Origin: Octopus sinensis
Lineage: Eukaryota
Reading direction: 5' to 3'
DNA length: 64,000 bases
Assembly: GCF_006345805.1 (NCBI RefSeq)
Contig: NC_042999.1
Span: 172,732,001 to 172,796,000 of the forward strand
Position 1 is the stretch's first letter. Each line of letters opens with the position of its first letter. This document shows positions 16,002-29,230 of this stretch, one piece after another. Under the pieces are notes generated by a model. That model had not been told where the DNA came from, did not search any database, and worked only from the letters and a program-made list of their open reading frames with translations. A program made the translations under genes and the position numbers.

Positions 16002-16549
16002 AAGCGCGAGAGAGGGAGAGAGAGAGAAAGATTTAAATCATTGGTGTAACCATGATGTTTTCATGACCTGATGAACTAGTTTGTTTTTTTGTTTGATTTT
16101 TTTTATTGTTATCTGCATTGATTTGTGAAAATACAATACTGTTCAATAATGCACTGCATGTATATTACTGTCAACATAATTCATTATGCACTGAAATTAT
16201 TAAATCATGAAGAAGGCTACAGAATGGTCGCCATCGTTAGAATGGCAATTGGTTAAAGAAATGCATTCATGTATCATACATACTGACAGTCTATGGCTTC
16301 TGGTTTATACATATATGTGTGTGTATCTGTGTGTGAGCGTTTGTGTGTGTGCGTATATGTGCGTGAATGTGCATGTGCATGTATGTATGTGTGTATGTAT
16401 GTACGTAAGGAGTCTTTTAACACTAAACTGAAGGATTACTGGAGACATTTTAGTAGCGTACGAAATAGGTCAGCAGCAGCTTCGAATTCCCTATCAGCTT
16501 TTCCATTGCGACGTAAATCTCTCTCTCTCTCTCTCTCTTTCCTTTTATA

Positions 16550-16618
<69 letters not shown>

Positions 16619-16849
16619 TGTGTGTGTGTATATATATATACACACACACATATATTTGGTAAAGTGTGTGGGGTGTGCAGACGTACATTGACTTTCCTCT
16701 TGAAATTTTCCCTGCCACATCGTTATCAATTTCATGACAGCGTACAAACTTCGATGATGTTATTAATCTTTCCTTTTTGAAAAAAAAAACTTCTTACTCT
16801 ATTAGAAGATATTCAGCAATCTATCAGTTTCATGTTAAATCATATACAA

Positions 16850-16906
<57 letters not shown>

Positions 16907-17399
16907 TGTGTGCTAAATAAAATGAGACAGCTTAGCCAATACTATGTGGAATTTTCAGTACATTAATAAAGAGAAATTTAGTCTTACAGCTTTTTCTAGT
17001 ATATTAGCGATATCCCATTATCAGAGACGATATGAGATGGTTAAATGGATGGAAAAATTAGAGTTCAATAAAAGGAGTTATTTTGGAAAAGGAAAGAAAT
17101 AAGGAATGTATTGGGAAATAGGAGAATGAATGTAGAAATAGAAATAATAATATATAAAGATGTTATAGTTGCAGTTCCATTATCCAAGGAAAGTGGTGTG
17201 AGAAATTGCAGAAGTGTTTCTTGTCCCCTTTAAAAGAATAGCAGATGGAATCTACATCTCCACACTTTCCATTTGTAATGACAAAATATGAACTCCTATA
17301 GGAATTTACATACCATGGACAAGAAGCATTTCTACTATTTCTACACACCACTTTATAAATGTCGTGAAAATTCCAGACGGCCTTGGCTTTGCTGTCTCC

Positions 17400-17970
17400 T
17401 GTTATTTAACATATACATGCTCATACAAGACTCACGTTAGACTGCTCACTCGTATCATTATCGAATCGAGAGTTTAACTACGGTTCTTCCATAGCACTTA
17501 CAAAGCGTCACCTGCCACGTTGGGTCTTCTGGATACCAATACCTCTCACGAACTGCTAAACGTGTTGATTTTTTGGGGGCTGCGATTAAACATCTCCTGC
17601 ACTGTTCCACGTTCTCCGCAAATCGATAGCTGATTGGACGGCGACTTCTTCTAGGATCGCTCGCACAATTCGTGATCATCAGCTTTGCATGACAACTTTT
17701 ATTGACTCCGGACGTAGTTTGCATGCTTATTTTTCCATGCACACCACCATCTCTGAAACAAAACAGCGCAAGTCCACACTTCATAGCGTGCTGCTGTCTT
17801 AACTGGGTTCTCAACAGTCAAGTGACCAACCGTTTGGAAAACAAAAAATAAGAAAATAAAAATCCCCCATTAGTGTTGTCTGTTTAAAAAATGATTTCTT
17901 CATCACTTCAGTGATACTAAAGTTTCTATAAGCAATTTCTAATGCCTAGTTACATTCCACCCACCCTGTA
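17400..17970 (-). mobile_element. Tc1/mariner-superfamily DNA transposon 5' remnant
   Basis: Terminus TA-CAGGGTGGGTGG at 17970 (minus). Translation RSRRP....ENVEQCRRCLIAAPKKSTRLA resembles the HTH region (SPKKSTRR) of mariner-like transposases. Confidence 0.55.
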
Positions 17971-18428
17971 TATATGTGCATGTTTGTTTGAGCATGTGTT
18001 AGTTTAATTCTATATATGTATTTATCCGATGCGTGTGTTGCTTTGTAGTATATGCGTGTGTGTATGTATGTATAATATATATATATATAGTACATATATT
18101 AGTAGAGTATATAGCATTATATTATACGATAGTCTATAAGTATACTTATACTCTATATACAGCAACAATATATATACGTAAGACACATGTAAATGGAATA
18201 CACAGACATTTTAAAATTATTTAGATGTAAAGCCAGATAAATGACGCAGTGATCGAGAGTCTCAGGAGTTACATTTAACATAGAGCAATTTACAGACATT
18301 TACAGACATGTGTGCATATATATACGTGTATCTGTGTATACGTATTATATAAACATATATATATATACATGATATATATATATAAATATTTATTATATTT
18401 ATATTTATGTTCACGCGCACACATATAT

Positions 18429-18503
<75 letters not shown>

Positions 18504-18871
18504 CAGCACGTATCATTCGCATGCAAATATGTCTCAGCAGCAAGTAAATGCTTCTCTAATGGTTTTAGTAACTTATGTGATCGTAAGGAGACAAACTTTT
18601 TCTCTCTTCTTTGCTACACTCCAAATGTTTATAAATCAAGAACTTACCAGCTGATGGATGTGAAACCTGAGCTAAATATTAAATGGTGCGTAATTGGAAC
18701 TGAAAAGTCTGGACTATGAAAGGGTGTGTCGTGGTAAGAGTAGCAAATAAGTCCTTGATCGGTGAATATAACGTGAATTATGGTCGTAAAAGAAACCTCT
18801 TAACCATTCAAATTAGCATGTTACTTTTCGCTCATCCAGACACATCCACACTCAAACACGCGTATATAATC

Positions 18872-18874
18872 ATG

Positions 18875-18956
<82 letters not shown>

Positions 18957-19034
18957 TGATAATAATAATAATAATGATGATGGTGATGATGATGATGATG
19001 ATGATAATAATAATAATAATAATAATAATGATGG

Positions 19035-19071
<37 letters not shown>

Positions 19072-19174
19072 AATAATAATAATAATAATATATAATAATA
19101 ATAATAATAACATAATAATAATAATGATAATAATAATAATAGAATAATAATAATAATAAAATAATAATAATAAT

Positions 19175-19237
<63 letters not shown>

Positions 19238-19280
19238 TATTATTATCATTATTATTATTATTGTTATTATTATTATTATT
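18872..19280. repeat. Compound (AAT)n/(GAT)n then (ATT)n microsatellite
   Basis: Direct reading; strand switch near 19188. Confidence 0.95.
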
Positions 19281-19660
19281 TTGAAGGTGTCCAGCGATCT
19301 CAAGATCCATGGATGCGGTATACTGTCGAAGGCCTTTTTATAGTCAATCCATGCGGTGCTGAGATTTCTGCGCTTGTTGTGACAGTTCTCAAGGATCATA
19401 CGATTGATTAGCAGTTGATCTTTGCATCCGTAAGAGCCTCGGCGGCACCCTTTTTGTTCAGTGGGGAAAATATCGTTCTTCTCCATGAATGCATATGTTT
19501 TCTCCGCCAGGATAGATGTTAGGATTTTATACGTGGTGGATAGACAGGTTATAGGCCGATAGTTTTTTGGAAGGTTGGTTTCGTTATTCTTTGGGAGTAG
19601 GTAAGTAATGCCACTTGCTAACCATTCAGGTGTTTTCTTTGGGTCTCTCATAATTATTAA
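19281..19660 (-). mobile_element. Internal RT fragment of an R4/Dong-like LINE
   Basis: PEWLASGITYLLPK...NYRPITCLST...EQKGCRRGSYGCKDQLLIN...WIDYKKAFDSIPH, homologous to the 26-kb element but diverged. Confidence 0.9.
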
Positions 19661-19944
19661 CACTGTAGTACCTATATTACTAGAAATAAGTGTCGCATAC
19701 CCTTAAAGCCTTATAGCACAAGTGTGCCAAAGGAGTATATTTAACACAGACACTCACACACACTTAGGTAGATAGGCAAATAGATATAGATAAATAGACA
19801 GATAGATTTGTTAATTACTCAGTCCTTCCTGAACTCTAGCTATCTCTATCAACGTATATAATCTATACGTCGATCTCTCTAACTACACAGACACACAGAC
19901 ACACACACACACACACGCATACAAACACACTCACACACGAACAG

Positions 19945-20009
<65 letters not shown>

Positions 20010-20243
20010 ATATAATATATATAATATATATATATTATGTGAAATAAAAGATGAATAATCTTGTAGTAGATTAATCAAAAGTTTAACCGATACCTTAGTA
20101 GCAAAAATCACAGCAGTGACAGCACGGTTGGAGGTACAACCATCTGGCGTTGCAACCGTGCGTTGGTGCGGATAATTGAAATTAAAACATTATTGGTGAA
20201 TTGAGAAATGGAGCTGAACGCAGATTGAACAGAAATCGTTTTA

Positions 20244-20334
20244 TTTCATTCTACACGTGGTTTCTAAAGGCACAAATTACCAAAATCCGATTGAATAAGG
20301 GACCATATTGTGTCTTTCTCTTCAGGAAGAAAAA
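20244..20334 (-). ncRNA. Mirror copy of the hammerhead, apparently disabled
   Basis: Reverse-complement copy in the left arm of the palindrome. CTTTA replaces CTTTC (breaks G10.1-C11.1) and an extra C disrupts helix III (GAAACCACGTGTA). Confidence 0.65.
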
Positions 20335-21340
20335 AGGAAATCCGTTGGAAAAACAACAGAACAGAGGCAGAGCAAAAACAAATCGAACTGTGCTCCTAAG
20401 AGCCCATGGCGAAACTGTTTATCAGTGTATGTTGAGAACCGGTGGCTGAAGAATTCAACAGGTCAGGCATCGGTCAACCATGTGGGTGAGGGTGTATAGA
20501 TGTTCTTTGTGACCGATAATAAAGTTCTGACTATTTAAGAATATTGGATGTTTTATAAGGGGCGAGAAAAAAATCTACTTAGAGACGTGTGTGTGTGTAT
20601 ACTGTTCTATATATGTGTGTGTTGGCGTAGGGGTAGAAACATTTTTTGGGTACGTGTGTGCGTTTGATCGTTCGGCTGTCAGTGGCTACTGCCGTGATAA
20701 CCGTTGGTGGCAGAAAGAAAAAAAATAAAGAAATTATATATATATATTATGTTTTTATGTGTGTGTGTGTGTTCATCCAAGCCTGCCTTGACAGGAAACC
20801 ACCCGCTGTGAAAGAACAAGCCCCGGAAATTACTCCTGTAAGACAAACGGGGCTTGTTCTTTCACAGCGGGGGGTTTCCTTGTCAAGGCAGGCTTGGATG
20901 AACACACACACGCACACATAAAACATAATATATATATATAATTTCTTTATTTTTTTTCTTTCTGCCACCCACGGTTATCACGGCAGTAGCCACTGACAGC
21001 CGAACGATCAAACGCACACACGTACAAAAAATGTTTTCTACCCTACGCCAACACACACATATATAGAACAGTATACACACACACACGTCTCTAAGTAGAT
21101 TTTTTCTCGCCCCTTATAAAACATCCAATATTCTTTAAATAGTCAGAACTTTATTATCGGTCACAAAGAACATCTATACACCCTCACCCACATGGTTGAC
21201 CGATGCCTGACCTGTTGAATTCTTCAGCCACCGGTTCTCAACATACATGATAAACAGTTTCGCCATGGGCTCTTAGGAGCACAGTTCGATTTGTTTTTTG
21301 CTCTGCCTCTGTTCTGTTTTTGTTTTTCAACGGATTTCCT

Positions 21341-21431
21341 TTTTTCTTCCTGAAGAGAAAGACACAATATGGTCCCATTATTCAATCGGATTTTGGTAAT
21401 TTGTGCCTTTCGAAACACGTGTAGAATGAAA
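21341..21431 (+). ncRNA. Type I hammerhead ribozyme (Penelope-like/retrozyme type), canonical core
   Basis: CTGAAGA 21350-21356. Helix II GAAAGACACAA (21357-67) pairs with TTGTGCCTTTC (21401-11), 10 bp plus one mismatch, G10.1-C11.1 present. GAAA 21412-15; palindromic helix III ACACGTGT; GUA cleavage triplet 21421-23; helix I TTC/GAA extendable past a bulge. Confidence 0.8.
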
Positions 21432-22649
21432 TAAAACGATTTCTGTTCAATCTGCGTTCAGCTCCATTTCTTCAATTCACCAATATATATATATATATAT
21501 ATATATACTGCAATCAATGTAGTTATATAGCTCCTCCCTGTAAAATTGCTGGCTTTGTGAAAAAATGTGAAACAAGTATTATTATCATTAATATCATTGT
21601 TATTGTTACTGTTTCTTTCGTGTCTACGTTCTCTTCAATATCCCTTTTCTCGTCTTGCATCTTTATAAATTTGCTTGTTAATTTCTTGCCGCGCTTCTGT
21701 GTTACAACTTCTTGTGTTTTTTTTTTATACTTTTATCTGGAAAACTTTGAAACAAACTACAATTTGTTCTATCATTGAATCGCTGCCTTATTTGTTTCTC
21801 TGTGTTGTTTGGCTTTCCTCATATAAAATCCTACAGTATGCACCCCCACGAAGGCCTTATTTAGAACCATACTTGCTATGGTCTACGTATTCACTTTTTC
21901 GTAAGAAATATTTAATGGTTTGAATCGATATGACCAAAGTAGTTGCTTTAAGATTCTGACATCGAATGTTCGTGTTATTCGATTAGATGTTATTCTGATG
22001 TTGAATGTTGGTGTTATTCGATTAGATGTTACGGTAAAAAATAAGTCATTCTGCATGATATTTCCGCTAAGGATTCGCATCTTAAATTCACGTAGGTGTT
22101 AATGTTTAACCTCTGCAATATTCCGTTTCAGTCGTAAACAACAGCAATAAAATTGCCTTAATATCCACAATAACAGTAAAATCGGCTACATCCTTAATAA
22201 TCATTCGTTTTATTTTTGCTTCTACGGCCCTTTAATATTTGCAGTAAAAAACGTTATTCGAAGGATTTTAGAAACGTGCAAGGATGTCCAAAATAAGTTA
22301 TACAGAACTTAGTGGCAGGTCAGATATGCTATGCTAAACATATTTGGACATATATGAAAGAAAATACTTAATTTTTTGAAAAAAAGTATAGAAAATAACA
22401 AAAGACGATTTCCTTAAAAATTTTTAATGGAACGGATGACCAACTCACACAGGAGTAAAATCGTATTAACTAGATAAATCCAGAACAGGCCGAAATATCT
22501 GCATCCAGGCAGAATCTACTATGACCGAAGGTCTTCTTGACGACAAGATATTTTCCATTTCATGGCTTATGTATTGCAATACCTCTGGGTAAGATTGTGA
22601 TGTATTTGACTGGTCACCCTGATTGATATCGATATATATATATATCTTT

Positions 22650-22985
22650 TTGTATCTTTTTAGTCAAAAAAGTCAACGCCCAGGGTTTATTTATTTTAAA
22701 CCTGGTACTTATTCTATCGGTCTCTTCTGCCAACCGCTAAGCTACAAGGACGTAAACACACCAATACCGGTTGACAAACGGTAGTAGAGTGCAAACACAG
22801 ACTCAAAGACACATTTATGCATATACATAAATACGACTGGTTTTTTACAGTTCCCGTCCACCAAATCCATTCGCAAATCTTTGGTCGGCCCGAGGCTATA
22901 CTAAAAGACTGTTGCACAAGGTGCCACGCAGTAAGACTAAACCCGGAATGATGTATTTTGGAAGCAAGTTTCTTATCACATAACT
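22650..22985 (-). mobile_element. tRNA-derived SINE, family B
   Basis: Shares GTACTTATTCTATCGGTC...GTAAACAC..CA...CGGTTG.CAA and a tRNA-like head with copies at 34905-35740, 60675 and 62335. Confidence 0.75.
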
Positions 22986-23756
22986 GCTGTGAATGTTAGA
23001 AACCACATGGACCAGAACTCCCTACGACATGTGTTTGAGTTCATCTGAAAATCCTACTTTCCTCTGCGCAATTTAGTATTATGCTCTATAACTTGTTTAC
23101 GCTAAATATGTCGGCCAAACAAACTATTACTGTGTCTTTGTTTTAACTGTTCTGCGACGTCCCACTAGAAAAACCTGTTATTCCTTGTCTTCGTAATTTC
23201 TTTATTTTTCACGTAAGATTTGATATATCAAATTTTTCGATGCTGCAAATTTTCTTTCGTTTTTATTTTTAGTTTCTAGATAAATGTACAGTTGATAATT
23301 TTGTATAGTTTGTATTTGAGAGCATCTTTCTTTATTAAATAAATACTATTCTCAATATAGAAAACACCCTGCCATCATAAATCAAAACAATCATATTCTC
23401 TTTTAGCTACCACAGAGCACAGAATATAAAAATATACAAAATACAAGCTGAGTATCTCTTCGCTGACAGTCAATTTTCACAATAGAACGTCTATATTTCA
23501 ATTTTATTATTACACGTCAGACCATGTCTTCTCTGACAGATAGGATTCTTAATCAGGACCTATTTCTGCTTTATTTGGGACAATTTATAATGTACCGATA
23601 GATTAAGAGTTAGTTTTTTCCATTTGGTGCATAGATGTAAAAATTGCTTTGGTACATAGATGTAAAGAATTCTGTTAGCTCGCTGCAGATACTGTTTGAG
23701 TTTTTCGACACAGTCACCATAAGGAAATTCCTTACACACATGCATACACACACAAA

Positions 23757-23837
<81 letters not shown>

Positions 23838-23989
23838 ACAAATATATACACACTTAGCGTGAACGACATGAATGTATAGCGGAGGAGTGAAAGAGAGCGT
23901 GGTAAAGAAGGGTTTTCCTGTTTTCCCACTTTGAAATTTTGAAATTGAAATTTGAGTGAAAGTTTTCAAATTTGGTACACTGATGTGTG

Positions 23990-25330
23990 CCCGCTCTTTG
24001 AAAGGAATAACTATGGAAAAGCGAGTCTGGAAACGGCGATAATACTTGATTGTCGTCAAGGAAACGCTGGAGCTATCTGAACCTCAACGCATTTCTGTGC
24101 ATGATCAGCCATGGCACTCCTCCACCAAGCTGATGCTAAGAAAAAATTATGTCTGGCTGATAGAACACATCCCCTCTTCGGATGGCTTAAACGGCAGACA
24201 CTTTTGTCCCGAAAGATTTGATCTATGGATGGACAGTCACAAAGTAATATATGATGGAGATTACGTAAACGTTCGACACGTGAAAGCGGAAACAAACCAG
24301 ACACCGAACAATTTAATCGTTCCGTGCACAGTTGAACGACATGGCCCTGCCTCTCAGCGTGTCGTGTTGTAAGGTTACTGACTTTACTTTGTTGGTTATT
24401 ACTCACGTTGCCGCTTCGTAGTCAATTGGAGCAGTGCTGATTGCTTTGATGCGTGTGATGTCCGACACAATGTCGTTGATATCGTTTACGCTTACCGATA
24501 CTGATCTTCTGCATCCTACTTGTAGAATACACCTCTTGAAGCCTTTAGCTTCCGCAGTAGTGATAGTAGTCACCACATGTAGAAGTGACGAGAAGAGACT
24601 ACCGTAACTGAGCGATATTGCGTGATATCGAATAGGCTTTGATGTAAGATCTCTCCCCATAACCACTGTGCAGATTTCGCAGTAAATTATAGCGATTCAA
24701 CCGTGTATGGTGAGAACAATACTGACTGTTAAGAAAACAACGGCAAAGTTTTAGTTGTCGATCTAATAGAAAGCTTTTGATTGATCTAAATTGATCAGGA
24801 CCCCATTCATGCTATGTTCTTTACCGACTCACTCTACGATGCATTGCATGAGTTGGAAGTTGTCAAGGATAGATCTGTTCAAGATGAATCCTTTTTCCGC
24901 ATCTGTCGGTCAGTCAACCATCCCTTTCTGTGTTTTCCTGACTGTTAACGGCGTTTAGCCATATGCTGCATTTCTTGCTGAGACTCACGTCAGACTTTCA
25001 ATATAGGTACTGACATTTATCCAGCGTTCTTGCCAGCCACTTTTCCCTAACATTTGGGCAACGCGGTGCAGAAAAGTCGAACACACTTTATTGGGATCTT
25101 ATAGCATGCGCCCGTTGTCGTTCATCAAATACCGAATTGTGTCTTCATTGTTGTTGATGGTAGAAAGTTTGAGTTTATAAGTATCTACACAACCGCAACA
25201 TCCAGATCTTCTACTTTTCACTAGTACCCACTATCGCTGCTGTCCTGGGATCTCCATTTGGTCAGAGATCATCTCTAGTGTTTCAGGATGCACTTGATTC
25301 AAATTATCGCTCTCGTTATTCATTTTCATT
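23990..25330 (-). mobile_element. Degraded Tx1/L1-clade LINE RT relic
   Basis: With stops: RSILDNFQLMQCIVE...LINLDQSKAF...SKP...SLLHV...SVSVNDI (YADD position)...KVKSV...GGGVPWLIMHRNALR..L.RFLD. Confidence 0.8.
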
Positions 25331-25940
25331 GAGGTGATGGTGATAAAGATGGCGGCGGTTTTTATTGCGTTCCTACAGTTGGCAGTACCGGATTTGCAGC
25401 AACACTTGATTTTACTATCGTCTCTAATGGCATGTCATTGTTCTTGCTTGAAATATTGTTTATGTTGCAGATTTGCTTGCATGCTTGTACTTTGTGTAGT
25501 TATTGTTGCTGTTGCTACAGTTACGTATACTAACATGTTAATTGCTATTAAGTAGTGTGTGGAAGAATAAAGTGAAATGGGGTTTTCTTAACCTTATTTT
25601 AACGTCTTCGTTTGCAGCTTGGACATGAAAGACAATGCCATTTTAGAATTGATTTTTTAAGTTTCAGAAATTTTTCTTCCCTTTAAAATTATGCTCCGTG
25701 TAACAAAAACGGTTAACAAAAACGATTGGTTCGTTTATTATGATTGTAGCCAACTAACAAACAAGGCAGCGCAATTAAATTACCAAAAACAGGCTACTAA
25801 AAAGGAAAATAAACCACAAGCTTACGGAGCTTCCAAAACAACCTTCAGTTTTTTGGGAAAGCAAAATCCTCTTCGTAGATGATATCACCGATAGAAACAT
25901 AAACAACAATATCAACAACAACGACGATGACAATAATAAT

Positions 25941-26110
25941 GAAGGAGTGCCCGGTAGAGCTCCTACAGAAGGTGTGTCTCTTAGGGACAGCAAGGTTTAT
26001 TAGGGGGGTTCTAAGCACTTGAAAGTCTGCTCGAAACTTGTGGATACCTAATATCCACATAAATACCCACATAAATCCTACCAGGAACAAAACCAAGCCT
26101 GAGCCAAACC

Positions 26111-26165
<55 letters not shown>
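25941..26165 (+). mobile_element. Short 3'-end fragment of a second R4/Dong-like subfamily with (AAT)n tail
   Basis: KECPVELLQKVCLLGTARFIRGVLST* (stop 26020-22) matches the RLE-LINE C-terminus, followed by ~90 nt UTR and (AAT)n 26111-26165. Confidence 0.75.
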
Positions 26166-28834
26166 GATTTGCCGGAGATAAAAGAAAAGCTGAAGCAAGA
26201 TATCCTTGCCAAAGCTCAAAGGATCCGCCGGTACGAGAAACGCCAACGCTTCTTTGAACAGAACAAAAAGTTCAACTCCAACCCCAAAAAGTTCTACCAA
26301 GAACTGGGAAAAAATAAAATAGAAGTCACTGCAGCACCAACGGCAGAAGAATTGGAGGAATTCTGGAGAGAAATATGGTCGGCGAACGAACAGCCAAAAA
26401 AAAGGAGTATCAAAATAACAAACTCGGCATCTGAACAACTTTGGACCCCCATAACAACTGAAGAGGTCACCCAGGCACAGCAAAAACTAAGCAACTGGAA
26501 GGCACCTGGGCATGACAAGATCCCCAACTTCTGGTTGAAATATCTAACAGGAATGCACAAAAAGCTGGCTGAAAATTTTAACAGCATACTAGCAGAGCCA
26601 GAGACAATGCCTGAATGGCTCACGAAGGGGAAAACCATCTTAATTCCCAAATCAAATGAAACAGCAAAACCAGAAAACTACAGACCAATATCCTGCCTCC
26701 CTACTATGTTCAAGGCATTTACTGCAGTGATATCGCAAAGGCTGAACAAGCACCTGGACGAAAACAAACTGTTCCCAGAAGAGCAGAAAGGATGCCGCAA
26801 AGGCTCCTATGGCTGTAAAGATCAACTAATGATTAATAAAGCCGTAACTGAAGACAGCCACAGAAAGAAGAAAGGCTTCAGTATGGCCTGGATTGACTAC
26901 AAAAAGGCGTTTGATAGCATCCCCCACACATGGATCCTCGAAACACTAGCCATTAACAAAGTAGCACCAACAATCATAAAATTCATAGAGCACTCTATGA
27001 ATAAATGGCTAACAGTCCTACACCTCCAAACAAAAGAGGGACTCATGAAAACCAAAGACATCCCCATTAGAAGAGGAATATTCCAGGAGACACGCTCTCT
27101 CCACTCCTTTTCTGCTTGGCACTGTCACCTCTATCTGATATGCTAAATAGAACTGGATGCGGATATAAATGTTACGGCAAAACGATCAGCCACCTTTTAT
27201 ATATGGATGACATAAAACTATACGCTGCAAATGACAAACAGCTGGAAACACTATTAAAGACAGTTCATGGATTTACCAAAGAAATAGATATGAAATTTGG
27301 ATTAGAAAAATACGCCAAAGTAACCCTGAAAAGAGGAAAACTAGTTAAGAGTAACAACATCACACTAGATAAAACCAATGAAATAAAAGAATTAGACCAA
27401 AGCCAAACTTACAAATACTTAGGAATCCATGAACTAGATAAGACACAACACACACAAATGAAAGAGAAAGTAAAAAAAGAATATTATAGACGAGTTAGAT
27501 CAATACTAAAAACAGAGCTCAATGCTAAAAACAAGATAATAGGTATCAACACTTTAGCTGTCCCAGTTATAAGTTACAGCTACAATATCCTTAACTGGAC
27601 ACGAAATGAACAGTCCAAAATAGATAGGAAAACAAGAAAAATACTGACAGGATCTTGGATGCATCACCCAAAATCTGACATAGAAAGACTATATATACAA
27701 CGTATAGAAGTAGTAGAGGTGTTACACAGCTGGAAAACTACTATAAAATAACCACCATAGGACTGCAAAAATATCTACTTCAGAAGGAAGGAAAACTGAT
27801 CCAGATAGCAGCAAAACACGAGCAAAACAAAAAACTGTTCTCAGTATCTAAGGAAGCTGACAAATACAAACAAGAAATCATACCACCTAATAAACACGAA
27901 GAAGAAGAAGAAGATGATGAAGAAACAACAAAAGTTATAAAACAAATGAAATCCAAACTAAAAATAGAACAGCAACGAACCATGATAAAACGATGGCAAG
28001 AAAAGCCCCTTCATGGTAAATACTGCACTAAGTTGAGAAGCTCAGGACTCAAAGCAGAACAGAGGGATTTTTAATTGCAGCACAAGACCAAAGCCTCCCC
28101 ACCAGAAATTACCAAAAACATGTAATGAAGAGAAATATTACGAGTAACTGCAGAATATGTGGAGATGGACAAGAAACAATAAATCATATTATCTCTAGCT
28201 GCCCAGTCCTGGCTAAGAAGGAATATATTCACAGACATGACAGAGTTGGAACCTACATACATTGGAAGCTATGCCAACATTATGGAATAACATCAGAAAA
28301 AAGATGGTATAGGCACACACCAGAAAAGGTCACAGAAAACGAGGAAGCAACCATACTCTGGGATATGCCGATACACACAGATAGAGAAATTAAGGCCAAC
28401 AGACAAGATATAGTTGTCAGAGATCATGAAGAAAAAAATGCTTTCTAATTGATGTATCAATACCGGCAGATGACAACGTGTCTCTAAAAGAAATGGAGAA
28501 ACTCTCAAAATACAAAGACCTGGAAATAGAGGTAACTAGAATGTGGAATCTGAAAACAGAAACAATTCCTATCATAGTAGGTGCATTAGGCATGATAAAA
28601 AAATATTCAGACAAATACATAACAAAAACACCAGGACTTACAAACACATATAACATACAGAAAATTGCACTACTAGGCACTGCACACATCCTACGCAGAA
28701 CACTTTCCATACAATAACCATCAGAGCATCACAACAAATCACAGCACATACCCAAGGCACACAGAGCTGCGCGCGGTAGTGAAGTGAAAGCACGCTATAA
28801 AAATAAAACTACTGAATAATAATAATAATAATAA
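26166..28834 (+). mobile_element. 5'-truncated R4/Dong-clade non-LTR retrotransposon (RT + CCHC + restriction-like endonuclease), frameshifted
   Basis: RT motifs NYRPISCLPT, EEQKGC, WIDYKKAFDSIPH, GIFQ/GDTLSPLLF (frameshift ~27085), YMDD; zinc knuckle CRICGDGQETINHIISSC; RLE region LWDMPI...IDVSIP...EKLSKYKDLE...LGTAHILRR; 3' UTR then (AAT)n tail 28815-28834; (AAT)n also on the 5' flank. Confidence 0.95.
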
Positions 28835-28925
28835 GGCGCTACTCAATTACATCGATACCAGTGCTCAGCTGGTAATTTTTATCTCAATCCCGAAAGAATG
28901 AAAACTAAAGCTGACATGAAAGATT
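28835..28925 (-). mobile_element. SINE family A fragment
   Basis: Reverse complement of the SINE core, directly after the LINE tail. Confidence 0.55.
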
Positions 28926-29230
28926 TTAGATACATCATAGTTTTTGTTCTGGCACTAAAGGAAATAGCAAAACTAGGTAGAAAGATCTAGCAACAGATAT
29001 TTGTAGTGTCTCCAACCTCATTTTCCTGTCCATTTAAAATCGAAAATGTGGATGAACTACTTGACCGAAAAGTAATTTTAGCCAAGCCCACTTTGCAGAT
29101 GTGTATCTTTCGCTAAAGCTAACTGACAAGAAAGAAGCATACAATTCGAGGGTAAAATTTTACAGTGTGATAGTTTCATGGTAGACTAGAGTTGTTATTC
29201 GGATTTGCCGTAAACACGTCAATATATGTT

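Larger units (their letters stand above)
20191..21485. repeat. Large foldback palindrome, ~635-bp arms, 22-nt spacer
   Basis: 20191-20825 is the reverse complement of 20848-21485 with a few substitutions and indels; spacer 20826-20847; right end runs into (TA)n. Confidence 0.95.

Noticed and set aside
18716-19310. Poly-I/M/N/L ORFs
   Set aside because: (AAT)n/(GAT)n microsatellite translations.
20391-20425. Second hammerhead-like string CTAAGA-GCC(CAT)GGC-GAAA-CTGTT in the opposite polarity within the palindrome arms
   Set aside because: G5 is missing, helix III has an impossible 1-nt loop and helix I does not form. It could be an ancient relic but is unsupported.
25845-26650. 212-aa and 118-aa minus-strand ORFs
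   Set aside because: Antisense shadows of the R4/Dong LINE and the AAT tract.
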